NCBI GenBank assembly: GCA_963693365.1 | Contig: CAVNZM010000010.1 | Span: forward strand, 8,433,794-8,497,793 | Direction of reading: 5' to 3' | Source of the DNA: Amoebidium appalachense | Lineage: Eukaryota > Protista > Ichthyosporea | DNA length: 64,000 bases | Part shown: one piece after another, positions 41,688 through 64,000 of the stretch | How positions within the stretch are numbered: the stretch's first letter is position 1 | Layout: the number at the start of each line of letters is the position of its first letter | The notes under the pieces: generated by a model | Told to the model about the DNA's origin: nothing | Databases searched by the model: none | What the model saw: the letters and a program-made list of their open reading frames with translations, nothing else | Made by a program: the position numbers and the translations under genes

Positions 41688-42791
41688 CTATGCCCAGGGG
41701 TCAAACACAACCTTCGTGCATCCCCCTGCGGCCTTATCGAACATGTCATATGCCTCCACCACCGCCCCATTCTCAAACCCTACCCTATGGGAAACCAGCC
41801 CAGACAGGTCTATCAGCCCTCCCTCCAGCAAAGGAATAGTTTTCTCCATGTATGCTCGTGCAGAACACCTGCCCGATTTGAAGGTGATGTTCTTGTCGTA
41901 AGCATCGTTGGGTGTAAAGGCCTGGTCGAACTTGCTGTCTGTGTGCACCCCAACCGAAGACAACGTGCCTCCCGGTCGCAGCAGCGAAAACGCCAACTTC
42001 AGTGCCGATGTCAGACCCACCACCTCCAAAACCACGTCTGCCCCTCGTCCGTCCGTTGCTTTGAATATGGGGCCAAAGGCCTCTTTAAGTGCATCCTTAT
42101 CACCGTCGTCCTTGGGGATCAGCAAGGGCATGGCACCATACTGCTTGGCAAGGTCCAGTCTGTGGGGCACCAGGTCAAGCGCAAACACCTGTGCTGCCCC
42201 CAGCAGCTGTGCCACCCGCACTGTCAGCAGGCCCACGGGCCCACAGCCCACTACGGCCACCACCTGGTTGGCACCCTTCCTCACGCCACCGTTCTCTGCG
42301 CAGAAGTATGCGGTGGAAAGAATGTCGCCGCAGAAGAGAGCCCCCTCGTCGCTGACACTGGCCGGTACCTTTGCCAGCGTGGCCGAGGCAAAGGGCACGC
42401 GCACGTACTGTGCCTGTGCGCCCTGCAGGCCCTGCTCGCAGTTGCCGCCGTAGGTCCAGCCAAACAGCTGCCCATGCACACAGCGTGCCGTCAGCCCCAA
42501 CCCGCAGTAGAAGCAGCCCCCGCAGTTGGTGGTGAACGGTGACGTCACCCGGTCCCCCACACTCACCCCCTTGACGTCTTCGCCCACCTCCTCCACCGTG
42601 CCCACAAACTCGTGGCCCATGATGGTGCCTGCGTCCAGGCCTGTCTCGCGCCCACGGTAGACGTGCAGATCGCTGCCACACAGGCCGGCTGCCGTCACAC
42701 GCACAATGGCATCTGTGCTGCCGCGCAGGGTAGGCCGCGGAACCTCCTCCACCGCCACCGTGCGAGGGGTACGGAATACTACGGCCTTCAT
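41688..42791 (-). CDS. Zinc-dependent medium-chain alcohol dehydrogenase (MDR, formaldehyde-dehydrogenase-like subgroup), 367 aa, intronless
   Basis: CGSDLH and GHEFVG catalytic zinc motifs, CGGCFYC..C structural zinc, GDILST, Rossmann VVGCGPVGL, GRGADVVLEVVG, terminal KVVFDP. Confidence 0.95.
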   Translation of the reverse strand: MKAVVFRTPRTVAVEEVPRPTLRGSTDAIVRVTAAGLCGSDLHVYRGRETGLDAGTIMGHEFVGTVEEVGEDVKGVSVGDRVTSPFTTNCGGCFYCGLGLTARCVHGQLFGWTYGGNCEQGLQGAQAQYVRVPFASATLAKVPASVSDEGALFCGDILSTAYFCAENGGVRKGANQVVAVVGCGPVGLLTVRVAQLLGAAQVFALDLVPHRLDLAKQYGAMPLLIPKDDGDKDALKEAFGPIFKATDGRGADVVLEVVGLTSALKLAFSLLRPGGTLSSVGVHTDSKFDQAFTPNDAYDKNITFKSGRCSARAYMEKTIPLLEGGLIDLSGLVSHRVGFENGAVVEAYDMFDKAAGGCTKVVFDPWA

Positions 42792-43432
42792 GGTGCGTGT
42801 GCAGGTGTGTACTTACGTGTTTGTGTGTGGTTGTGTAGACGAGCTCTGACAGGACTGTAAGCTGTAAACTGTAAACCTTTAGTGTGACACTCAGTGTGCC
42901 CGAAGTGCGCAGAAATTTGTGGCTAGCCTTATCCGATTAGTTCATTTGGCATGTTTTGACATCAACTTGAATGATTTGGCATGTTCTACCACCAAGGATA
43001 TTGTGCATTTTCATGACCAATTTGGCAATTCGAGATCTGATTTGAAGGCTCGGAGCCCGCCAAAAATTTCCGTTATCACAGATGGCGCGCGCATTCCTTT
43101 TGCAGTTTTGTAGACGAACGATCGGAGGTTCAAATGTTAGCTTATAACTCTTATAGTCTAGCTAGCTGCCTGTGTTTGGTGTTTTGTGTTATATTAGCTA
43201 GCCTAGCTCTCATAATTTAGCTGCATATTTTCAAGGCTGTGAGGGATACCGGTCCTCTTCTAAGGTCGTTGCCTAAACTAACGCAACCCGTGGATCGACA
43301 TACAGTTGAAACCCACATCTTTCTGGGCATTCATATTCCATTCCCGAGTGCCTCTGAGTCTGCTGTTTTTTTTCCTCTGTCTGTGGATGCACGAAGCTCC
43401 GAGACGTTTCCTTTTCACGTGAGAGTAATAAG

Positions 43433-43584
43433 ATGAACGTGGCAACGCTAAAGCGGTCTGCTGAGGACACACACGCCAGCTATGCAAAAAGGCACAGAGG
43501 GCATCTGCATGAGAACTATGGTGGGTGTTGGTGTTCTCGTATTTCTCATCACGACTCTCACCCTTACTCGCTTTTCGCTGTGTT

Positions 43585-43642
<58 letters not shown>

Positions 43643-44700
43643 TGTGTGTGTCTGTGTGTGTGTGTGTTTATATGTGCGCATTCGTGTCCACTTGTGCATG
43701 TTCACGTGTGCGTGTGTGTGCAGCAGTTAACAGCTCTGGTGTTGTCATTTTTTCATATGCTAAACGAGCAAAGTGGAGCGAGTAGGCAGAGCTTGCGACT
43801 TCCAGAAACCTGCATAACTAACAACACAAGAAAATACTACAAAGTGGGCCGTCATGTTTGTGCAGGTTACCACGATGACTACACGGGGCAAGTCTTCAAG
43901 TTCTACTGCGCTAGATTTCACTGTACCGAGAAATTAACAGGAAGCAGTGGCTTTGTAAATGATGTTTTTATGCGTTTGGTGGTTCGGGTGGAGGCATAGA
44001 CCATGCAACAAACATGGCTTAGCCTCTTTTTTTTTTTTTTTTTTCCTTTTTTGTAGCCGTGGTGTGTGCGTGTGCTGTGAACGTGGGAGGTTGATAGCAG
44101 AAATTTATGCACCCTGGGTAATAACAATCAATAGTTTGCTGTGTAAACAAGTTGGTGTGGTGTTTTTCCGACGTGCAGTGGGTAATGCACGTTTCAGTTA
44201 TGCTGCACCCATATTATGGCCACGTTCAATGCATGTGCAATTGTAGGAGTGAGTTGTTTCTCACCAGCCATCTGCAGGAGAAAAGAAAGTTGCAACCGCT
44301 GTACACCGCTGACCAGCATTTTCAACACGCACTAACCCTGCTGTTCCACCAGGGTTCCTCAACAAGCCACACTGTGGGCCGCAGGAGCCACAGGGTGTCG
44401 AGGCCGTAGGGTGCAGCCACTGCGGCACAGTGGGCCAGCTGAGCTCTATCTGTGTGGTGGTCTCTATAGCCCCTATAGGTGCACGCTGGCCACTGGCTGT
44501 GTCCCTGCAGGAGTCACTCTACACACTGAAGGTATGCTTTTTTGTTAGGTTTGTAGGGTAGGCAAATGGGAATTGTTGTGTTTTTAGAAACCGTGGGGCC
44601 GACGATGGCTGAGGCATGGGGGTAGGAAAACTTGAAGCTTGGAGCTTGTGGTGTGTTCGATTGTTTGTTATCTTTTTCTTTTTTTTTTTTCTTTTTTTTC

Positions 44701-44747
<47 letters not shown>

Positions 44748-44848
44748 TCTCTTCTTTTCCTTTCTCTCATCCAATTTTTGATGGGGTGTGTGTAAAGGGT
44801 TGGAGAAGTGTTTAAAAGCAATGTTATCGCAGGTCAGGCCTCCCCCCC

Positions 44849-44884
<36 letters not shown>

Positions 44885-45143
44885 CACACCCCCTCCGATG
44901 CCCCCCCGGCAGCACCCAGACCCAATCGTCGATCCTTTCTTCAGTAATCTCCTTTCTCCTCCCTTTTTTATTTCTTTTCTTTTCTTTTCTTTTTTTTATT
45001 TTGCTTTTGTGTGTGTGTGCGCGCACGCACGCGCACGTGTGTGCAAGGGGGTTGCACAAACGCGCACACACATGTGCAAGTCCGCCCCCTTCCCCCAATA
45101 TCTTTTCTTCACCAAGTAGTCGACAAGTATATGGCATTCTAAA

Positions 45144-45175
<32 letters not shown>

Positions 45176-46249
45176 GCCCCCTCCTCCTCCTCCTCCTCCT
45201 CCTCCCCCGTGCTTTGCACTCTGCATGATGTTTGTTGTCCGTCATGATTGTGTACTTCGTACTTTATAACACATTGTACCTCTCTCTCCCCCCCCCCCCC
45301 CCCCTCCCCCCCTTCCCTTCCACCCCCTCCCCCCTGTCTCATCGTGAATATGCACCTCCTACTCCGTATCCCCCTTTTTTTTTAAACCTCCTTCCCCCCC
45401 CCCTTTACAGAGCAAGGTAGTCAGCATGGCACGGGGGCTGGGTGTGAGACCAGAGCAGTTAGTGGTCAGTCTGCACGGTGGAAGGTTGGGGCCAGGCCTG
45501 GATTCGGCTAGTCTGATGCAATGTGGCATAGGCCCTGACACGGAGCTGGTGTGTGTGTGGGTGGGTGGGTCTTGGGGGGGGGGGGGGGGGATGGGTGGAT
45601 GGGTGGGTTGGCATGGGCGGGTGGTGGTGGTGGGGGGGGGGGGGGGAGGGGGCGGGTTTGTGGCTAGATAGGCTGTGGGTGTGGCTGGATGGGTGGGGGG
45701 TGGGAAGGTGGGTGGTTGTGGGGTGATGGGTTGGTGGGCGAGGGGGGGGGGGGGGAGTGGCTGTGGGGGGGTGAGTTGGTGGGAAAGGGTGTGTTAGGGT
45801 GAATGGGTGGATATGGGTGTGTGGGTGGATGTGGGCATGGGTGGGTGGGAGTGGGCTAGGGTGGTTGGGGGTGGGGGGGGGGGGGGGGGGAAGGGGGGTT
45901 GCCCGTGTGTGCCTGTGTGCTCGTGTGTGTGTGTATGACGAATGAAGGTCTAGTTGGATGGGTTAATTCTTTTTCTTTAAAGCAAAAACGCGGGCTCGAG
46001 CTTTCCCCTTGTAAGGGCTATACCTGCCTACAGGGCTGTGTCGTTCGTGGTGAATCAGGGCTATTTGTTGATTTTGCTGCCCCGTCTGGCTGTGAAATGG
46101 GGATTTTGCGAGGCCTGTTGGTGTCGGTATGTGCTTTCCTTGTAAGCTTGTGCTCTCTCCCTTTTTGTTTCCTATTCTTGTTATTTATTTATTTTTTTTA
46201 TGAGGCGCGTGGCTTTTCTTGCTTGCAATGGGGTACAGTGGTGGTGGTG

Positions 46250-46303
<54 letters not shown>

Positions 46304-46584
46304 CGTGATCCTATAGGAACTCGTGGGTGTGTGTGTGGGGTGGGGGAGTGCAAGAGAAGGGGGGAGTTTTTTTTTTTGGGGGGGGGGGGGGCTGGGAGGA
46401 TAGGAAGCTATTGTATTGTGGGGTGGATGTATGGCAGCCAACAGGGGGTTGTTCACAGGAGATCACATTCGATGAAGAACTGGTGGCTACCCAGCAGCAT
46501 GACGGGTGTGCATGCATGGTGGGTGGCCATGTGTGTTTCTTTCTGTTTGTTGTTTGCTTGCTTGTTTGTCTCCCTCCCGCTTCC

Positions 46585-46632
<48 letters not shown>

Positions 46633-46703
46633 CATGTGTGTGCATGTGTATGTGCGTGGTGGTGATGGATGCGAGCGGAGGGCGGGGTAGGGGCTGTTTG
46701 TGT

Positions 46704-46754
<51 letters not shown>

Positions 46755-47294
46755 TGTGGTTGATTGTTAGGGGGAGGTGGTGGTTTCAGGTTGGAGTTGG
46801 CTACAAGGGGTAAGTATGGCTGGAATGGCATATCAGGATTGAATATTTCTTTAAGGATCGAGTGGGTGGATAATGGGCTGCCCGTTTTAGCCACTGGACT
46901 GGTGATATTCAGAGAGAGGAGTGGTGTGTGTGTTTGTGCAACAGGCGTGCGGTTGACTTTGCCTAAGGTTTGAGCAAGTGCACTGTTGAAACGTACTATG
47001 TAACCTATAGTAAGACCATGCATGATAGTTTTAGGGTTTTAGGTGACCCTGCTCACCACTACATTTTATGCTTAATGTGTCCCGTCGTGTTCCTTTTATT
47101 TATTTATTTATTTATTTATTTTGGTGTGTGTGCATTACAGCACGTGTGTGTGTGTGCGTGCTACCTATGAAGATGGGGTGTGTGCACATGTGCTGACGTC
47201 ACTCTCACAGGAGCTAGATGACCGGGAGGCGCTGCTTGGACGCATCCACTCACTGGAGCTGGAGCTGGCTTTGGTGCGCTCAAGTGGCCAATAG
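43433..47294 (+). CDS. Spliced gene with a ubiquitin-like domain and C-terminal coiled coil; exons 43433-43520, 44353-44531, 45411-45548, uncertain middle exons, 47211-47294
   Basis: Phase-consistent GT-AG exons; [15 protein letters not shown]|[46 protein letters not shown] follows the ubiquitin-fold pattern; last exon [27 protein letters not shown] follows a gctgac branch-like motif. Confidence 0.6.
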
Positions 47295-47452
47295 CAGCGG
47301 TAAATGAACACACATACACATGCAAACACAAACACATGCACATGCACACACACACAAACACATGCACACACACAGACACACAGGCACACACGGAGACACA
47401 TGCGCGCTCACACACCATGCTCGCTTACTCATTTACTCATGCACGCACGCGT

Positions 47453-47490
<38 letters not shown>

Positions 47491-47518
47491 CACACACATC
47501 CGAAGAGCATCGAGCCCT

Positions 47519-47893
47519 TTATTGCACAAAAGCTCTTGCACTAGTCGGTGAATCACGTGCACCATCAATAATCGCAATAGGGATCGTACTGCACGGCACC
47601 TGGCCAAATGATTTTTCCATTAACACTCCTTGTAGGGAATGTGCAGTAATCCTCTGGTTATCCAATGGTGTTATAGACGAAGGCCCAAAAATGCCAGATT
47701 TAAATGATTCGTAATATATGATCACCTAGCAAGTACTGATTCGGGCGCCCAAGTATATATGGTGTGTATTAGAGTTTAGCCTTAACGCACGGAAAGATGT
47801 AAGTAAAACAGGACTTCAAGTCTGGTATAAAGCTGTGTTATGTAAATCCTTTTTTGAATTAAAAGACCTACCACACGCGTGCACACACACACA

Positions 47894-47961
<68 letters not shown>

Positions 47962-49717
47962 CCCACTCACCTTCCCTTTGCACACACACCCCCAAACCAA
48001 TGTGCATATTTACAATCTATACAACTCGAGCAATAGCAAATACTAACCTCAAGAAACCACACTGTAACACTCAGCCAAGTTGGATAGCATTAGCATGTAC
48101 ATGCAATTGGTGTGGTGACGTACAGGCATGCTTAGTGTCTCTTGCTCTGTCCTCCCCCCCATTTTCAAACAGACAAATAAATGCAACAAAAAAAGTAAAC
48201 AGCAGTCACATTGTGTATGCGTATTCATTGGTGGCACGTTGTGTTCTCACTACACAGGAATATGGTGGCACGTTGTGTTCTCAATACACAGGAATATACT
48301 GGGAATATTGCTGCGAATACGGAAATACAGCAACTGCAGAAGCCATGCTGTGCATTGCTCATGCAACCCCTCTCAAGTGTACACACAGGCACTTTCTTTA
48401 GGTTCCCCACATCAGCGAAGTAATACAGTGGGTCAAAAACTACAACCACTTGGAATGAATTTTTTTTTAAAACATCATACACACAGACACAAACGTGAAC
48501 ACACATGCGCAGACACATGCACACCACATACACGTGCAGATACACACACACGGTTGAGTGGGGAGGGTGCGGAACAGTAAGGCCGCTGTGTTACGTGTGT
48601 GTGTGTGTACGTGTGGGCTGGGCGACCGAGGGGCCGGGGAAGGGGAGGGGGGCTGCACTTGGGTGCATGCTTGTACTGTATACGTAGCTGCAAGCCTAAT
48701 GTTGATGCGGTCGGGAAGAGAGAAGGGGGCGGCTCCAAGCCAATCGTTCCAAAAGTAGTCAGGCCTGATTCGCTGCATCTCATGAAATCATTTATCGATC
48801 AGGCTTTGTGACTTAATTTATCTGGCGGCCACTGTGCATCCCTCCCCCCCACCCACCCACCCACCCTTCCCAATCGTACATTCCCGATTGCAACTCCCAA
48901 CCCTCGGGCACGATCACTTCAACCCCGGGCCTACTGCACCTACCCTGCCGGGAGCCCCTGCCCCCGGACTGGGGCGCTTTCCCGCAGCCTCAGATATATA
49001 CCAATGGCAGTAGGGGAGGGAGGGGAGGTGGGGGGAGGGGGCCCCTCAGGGGGGGGGGGGGGGGGGAGGGGGAAAGGGCCAGGGAGGGGGGGGGGGGGGG
49101 TAGGGGGGGGCCGGTGGGTGGGGAGGGGGGATTGAGGGGCCGAGGGGGGGGGGGGGGGGGGGGGGGGATAAGGAAGTGTAGATGAACACCTCGGGACACA
49201 GCACCTCTGATTATAAGTTACGGTAAACGCGTGGAAAGTAGTCATAGTGCCGAGCCAGATATGCCACGTGACTGCTACTGACCCAACCAACTTTTTGTCA
49301 ACCGCTTTTATGCCCCCTTGCCCGTTCTCTGCGTGTTTGCGAATTCAATACACGATGTACACTGTCAGGCACAACACACGTGAGACTGGTGCGCTTGAGG
49401 GCATGGCATGCACATACAGACTTATGCACATACACGTGCATCCATATGTATATATGTGCATGCAAACAGTGTCACGTGCATGCAGACGTCACAGCGCCAC
49501 ACAACTTTCGCACAACAGTCCTCCCCCCCCCCCCCCCCCCCTCCTAACCACTGTGTGACAAACACCACCACGCACACACACACACACATGCACGCACACG
49601 CGCGCATGTGTACGCACGCAAGAATGCATGCACACACGCACACACGCATGCAAACAGGCACCGTGACGCACGAACACACGCACACAAGCACGTGCTCACG
49701 CATACAGAAATGTACAC

Positions 49718-49763
<46 letters not shown>

Positions 49764-50569
49764 AGCTCTGCATCACAATCCATAAGGCGCCCCTTCTCAA
49801 CCCGATAACCAATTGCATCCCACCACCACGCGCACGCCCGCCCACACAAACACACATGCACCCAAACGCTACGATTGCACGTGCACATGGTACGTCCCGA
49901 CTGAAAGTTGGAGCCAAGACCCATGCCCAGTTTATTGCCCACTGCTTCCCTCAACTGCGAAGAGTGTTTCGTATGTACACTAAATACAGGCCGCATCGAA
50001 ACTCAAAATCTAATGTACATACATAGGGTTTTAGCAGCACCACGCCTAGAGATATTCATAGATTTTAGCTGCCACGACCACGAGTAATTATCATTCATTT
50101 ACCGTACGCTAAAGGAACATTCAAAGCAAACAAAACATTCATCATTATCAAAACTAACCGTTGGCATTAAGGACAACTTGCAAGCCCATAACAAGAGCCA
50201 AGATTTACAACACGACACATTAGATCACACCACCCAGGTAGGGCCCATACCACAATGCAAACGTCATGTCACCAACACTAAAGTAGACATGATCCTGATT
50301 CGATCGATAGCCTAACTGTTCTAATAATCAAAAATGTCGCAGTGCCAACAGCCTTATTTGGAAATCGGTTGTCAGATATGTACATATAAGGAAACTGCTC
50401 ATCAAAAATGCTAACACAGCATGCACATATCATATTATTGTTCTACTTAGTATTTATTTTGATTGCACAGCCTAAGGCAAAAAAGTTGCACGGGTGCATA
50501 CAAGTGCAAGATATACGACACTGCTGCAAAACAATTGTGTCGTGGGCTGGCCGGCCCTGGGTTACACAA

Positions 50570-50611
<42 letters not shown>

Positions 50612-50769
50612 AACCCCCCTTAAAAAAACCCATAATAATAACAAAAACAAATGATACTATTGCACATATGTACAAGAATGAAAATCATGACCTTACCCTT
50701 CTCACGTTGCCTGCAAGGGTGGACCAGATCTGCGTTGCTGCTGAAATCCAATTGCAAACTCGTACCACC
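47519..50769 (-). CDS. Possible spliced gene of unknown function (exon-like segments near 50769-50697, 49954-49894, 48778-48684, 47725-47519)
   Basis: Complex-sequence islands bounded by AG/GT on the minus strand; I could not phase all of them and recognise no family. Confidence 0.22.
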
Positions 50770-51030
50770 CTGCAGCATGTTGAGTGATTATTGAGGGAAA
50801 GAGCGGTAGGCAGTGTGCAAAGACGTGTGTGTGTGTGTGGTGTGTGTGTGTGTGTGTGTGTGTGTGGGTTTGCACGTCTTCGAATGAGTGAGTGAGTGAG
50901 TGAGTGAGTGAGTGTTTGTGTGTGTGTGTTTGTGTGTGTGTGCTGGTGCCGTGCAGGTGTGTTTGTGTTTAGTGGTGATAGTTTAGGTGTGTGCGTGTAC
51001 GTGTGTGTATCTGTGTGTGTGTGGGAGGGG

Positions 51031-51070
<40 letters not shown>

Positions 51071-51374
51071 CACAGGGAAGTTTTGCACCGCTCAATTTTT
51101 GTACCAGGCCGTCTCCCCTGAATCTCAAGAAGGTCACCTGCTCTTGAGCCAAAACAAACTTCTAGTTTCTGATCCCACTCTACGCCTATTCAAAACGATT
51201 ATACTCTACAAGATACCACCACTGAGCCATTTCCAGTCTTCATTCATCAATGGCACAAAATCCATCGCAACCCCCCGTAGGGTTTAGGGGGACTACAAGT
51301 TAGTTATCATTAATATATTGGCTGCGTAAAATATGTGTGTGCTACGGTACACGTGAGTGCGTAGTGTGTGTAAA

Positions 51375-51798
51375 AGGCCCCAACCACACCCGGTCCGGGA
51401 GAATCAACTTTTTTCGAGCAGAATTATTCTGCAAAGACTGCAAAGAGGGCAGAATTATTCTTGCGGAAAATCAACTCACTTCGAGCTGATTTATTCTGCA
51501 AAGAGCAGAATTATTCTGTCTGAGCAGAATTATTCTGGTAGGAGAGCAGACTTATTCTGCCTCAGTAGAACCAAAATAATTCTGTGTAGAGCAAGAATAT
51601 TCTGCTGCCGTGATCAGAATAATTCTGCTTTTTTGCGGGATAATTCTGCTAAAAACAGAATGGTTCTGCTCTTTAAAGCAGAATAATTCTGCTCACTATA
51701 GGATAATTCTGTTTAGTATATTTCTCCTTTTTGGAAGAAGAAGCGGAATTATTCTGCTCAGAGCAAGGCCAACAATTCTGGCAATGTGGTTGGGCCCT
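51375..51798. repeat. Array of ~15 palindromic GCAGAATWATTCTGC motifs between ~14-bp imperfect inverted repeats; candidate MITE/foldback element
   Basis: Left aggccccaaccaca, right tgtggttgggccct; internal motifs mostly spaced ~19-26 bp apart. Confidence 0.7.
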
Positions 51799-52132
51799 TG
51801 TTAAAATAGTGTGTGCGCAAGTTTATGTGTGGCACTCTGTGGGGTATGCGGTGTGTGTATCTGAGGCACGGTGCATATGCATGCATATTCCGCTGTTCAC
51901 GGGGGCAGGGATAGGTCGATGTATGTATTAGGTTCCCTAGAACTTAGAAAACCATCCCCCACGGGTATCCTTCCCCCCCCTCCCCCCTCCCCGCCCTCCC
52001 CCCCCTCCCCCCCCCCCCCCCCCCCCTCCCCACTCCAAGGCCTTCTAAATAGAACTCCCTCTACACACACACACACACACACATTGCCCCCCCCCCCCCC
52101 CCCCCCCCCTCCACCCCACCCACCCACCCACC

Positions 52133-52213
<81 letters not shown>

Positions 52214-52554
52214 AGACACACACACACACCAATTGAAAGATGGTCGTGGGCCTACCCCTCACTGTAGCCTTCAGCTTACGTCAGTGAGCCCTTTCGGATT
52301 GGTGGATACCCCACCAACACCAAACCGGATCGTGATTGGATGCTAATTCTCAAATAGTCAAATATAGCTAAAGCATATAGCCAATCGTTATCCATACGTA
52401 TTGTGATTGGCTATCGTCACAAGATTCCCAAGAGCCTCTCCCTGGCTGCGCGACCTGCCCGAAAAAAACGCAGTTCATGAGTCAAACCGGGTCACTTCTC
52501 TGAATTGTCCGAAGGCTTAGCTATAGACGAGCACATTGCAAGGACATTGCAAGG

Positions 52555-62890
<10,336 letters not shown>

Positions 62891-63667
62891 CATTTGTTCT
62901 GTGTACACGTGTACTGTAGTTCTCCATATACATAATTATAACAATGATTATGATGTACACAAGACATTCATGCACTCTTGCAGTTTTAGGCTTAATAGTA
63001 GGCCTATATGGATATGGACGTGCATAAGATTGACTGAGGCATTCTATGTAGCTGATGTCGATTTTTTCTGTATGTAGGGGCTTGGCATTTGGATGCGCGT
63101 ATCCTCCTGTAGCAGGAGTTGAAATATATATTATACGTCTGTAGAGAACAAGTCAGGAAACGTGAATGTGAACTTATCCCAGCAAACTGTGCTGGTGTTA
63201 GCTCTAGCGTGGGGTTCAGACAACTTTTTCGTGCCACCCCCACACGAATCTGAAAGCTCTCTCCCCCCCCCCCCCCCCCCCCCCTCTCCCTCCCCTCTTC
63301 TCCGCATGCCCCTTATACGGCCTCCAAAGCAACCCCCCCAGCCCCCCACGCTTCCTTGGTCCTCTAGATTTTTGCATGATGATACTTGCATACCCAACTC
63401 GTGCACGCTGCACAACCACACGGATGCCGGTCAACTTGAATTCAAGGCATCTTCTCAGCAATACCGGCATATGCACACACATGGTGTGGCATGGCATGTG
63501 TACACCATCACGGCACAGAACGAGAAACCGCTCTCAATGGTTATGTTATGATGTTTGTATGGGGCCTGATACACGGTGACAAACCACCAAAAAAAAGGTG
63601 AGAATCGAGCAAGGGCTGAGAGAGGAATTAACATCAGTACACCTCCCCGACCATTGGGCATCCCGAC

Positions 63668-63710
<43 letters not shown>

Positions 63711-64000
63711 TGAAATTAGTGGTTCACCGAGTTTGCAGATCCATGTTGTGAGCTCGAGGTTTCGAGTTCAATGGATCAAAATTTACCATGCCCAATCATC
63801 ATGCATCCGTGCTGACTGCTGATGCATAGTACATACCGCCGGTACAGTAGCGAATCCAGCCGTGAGCTGAGCTCAAAGCAGCTACATTTTATTTGGCCAA
63901 GGCACAGTCTGAGTCGATACGAGTCAGGAATAGAGGACTTCGAAAACAACAACAAAAAAAAAACTTTAAGTTTTGTCGCTTGAAACGAGGGGACTACTGC

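Noticed and set aside
51418-51781. CRISPR array or heat-shock element cluster
   Set aside because: Linkers are mostly only ~4-10 nt, repeats are degenerate, there are no cas genes and the context is eukaryotic; GAA-nnn-TTC spacing differs from the canonical nGAAnnTTCn HSE.

Overview
Eukaryotic, intron-dense DNA, probably from a unicellular opisthokont-like protist (inference; the taxon cannot be fixed from this window). Introns and spacers are packed with (CA/TG)n, (GA/TC)n and very long poly-C/G runs, so most ORF-track entries are low-complexity noise and real genes had to be spliced by hand. Genes supported: two ~99% identical intronless copies of a 597-aa secreted, GPI-anchored protein with an EGF-like start and ZP-module-like C-terminal organisation (1194-2987, 10759-12552); LSm8 (4 exons, minus); two paralogous glycine-N-acyltransferase/FR47-like GNAT genes (minus) with shared intron positions, separated by a degenerate APE-RT non-LTR retrotransposon; an intronless zinc MDR alcohol dehydrogenase (minus); a divergent gene with a ubiquitin-like domain; and a 15-exon sphingosine-1-phosphate lyase. 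Most notable: the ZP-like duplicated surface protein, a ~420-bp element holding ~15 phased GCAGAATWATTCTGC palindromes between short inverted repeats, an intron architecture with C-runs after donors and (CA)n running into acceptors, GC-AG and possibly TG-acceptor introns, and a dispersed poly-C-anchored repeat family. Homopolymer lengths may be partly assembly artefacts.
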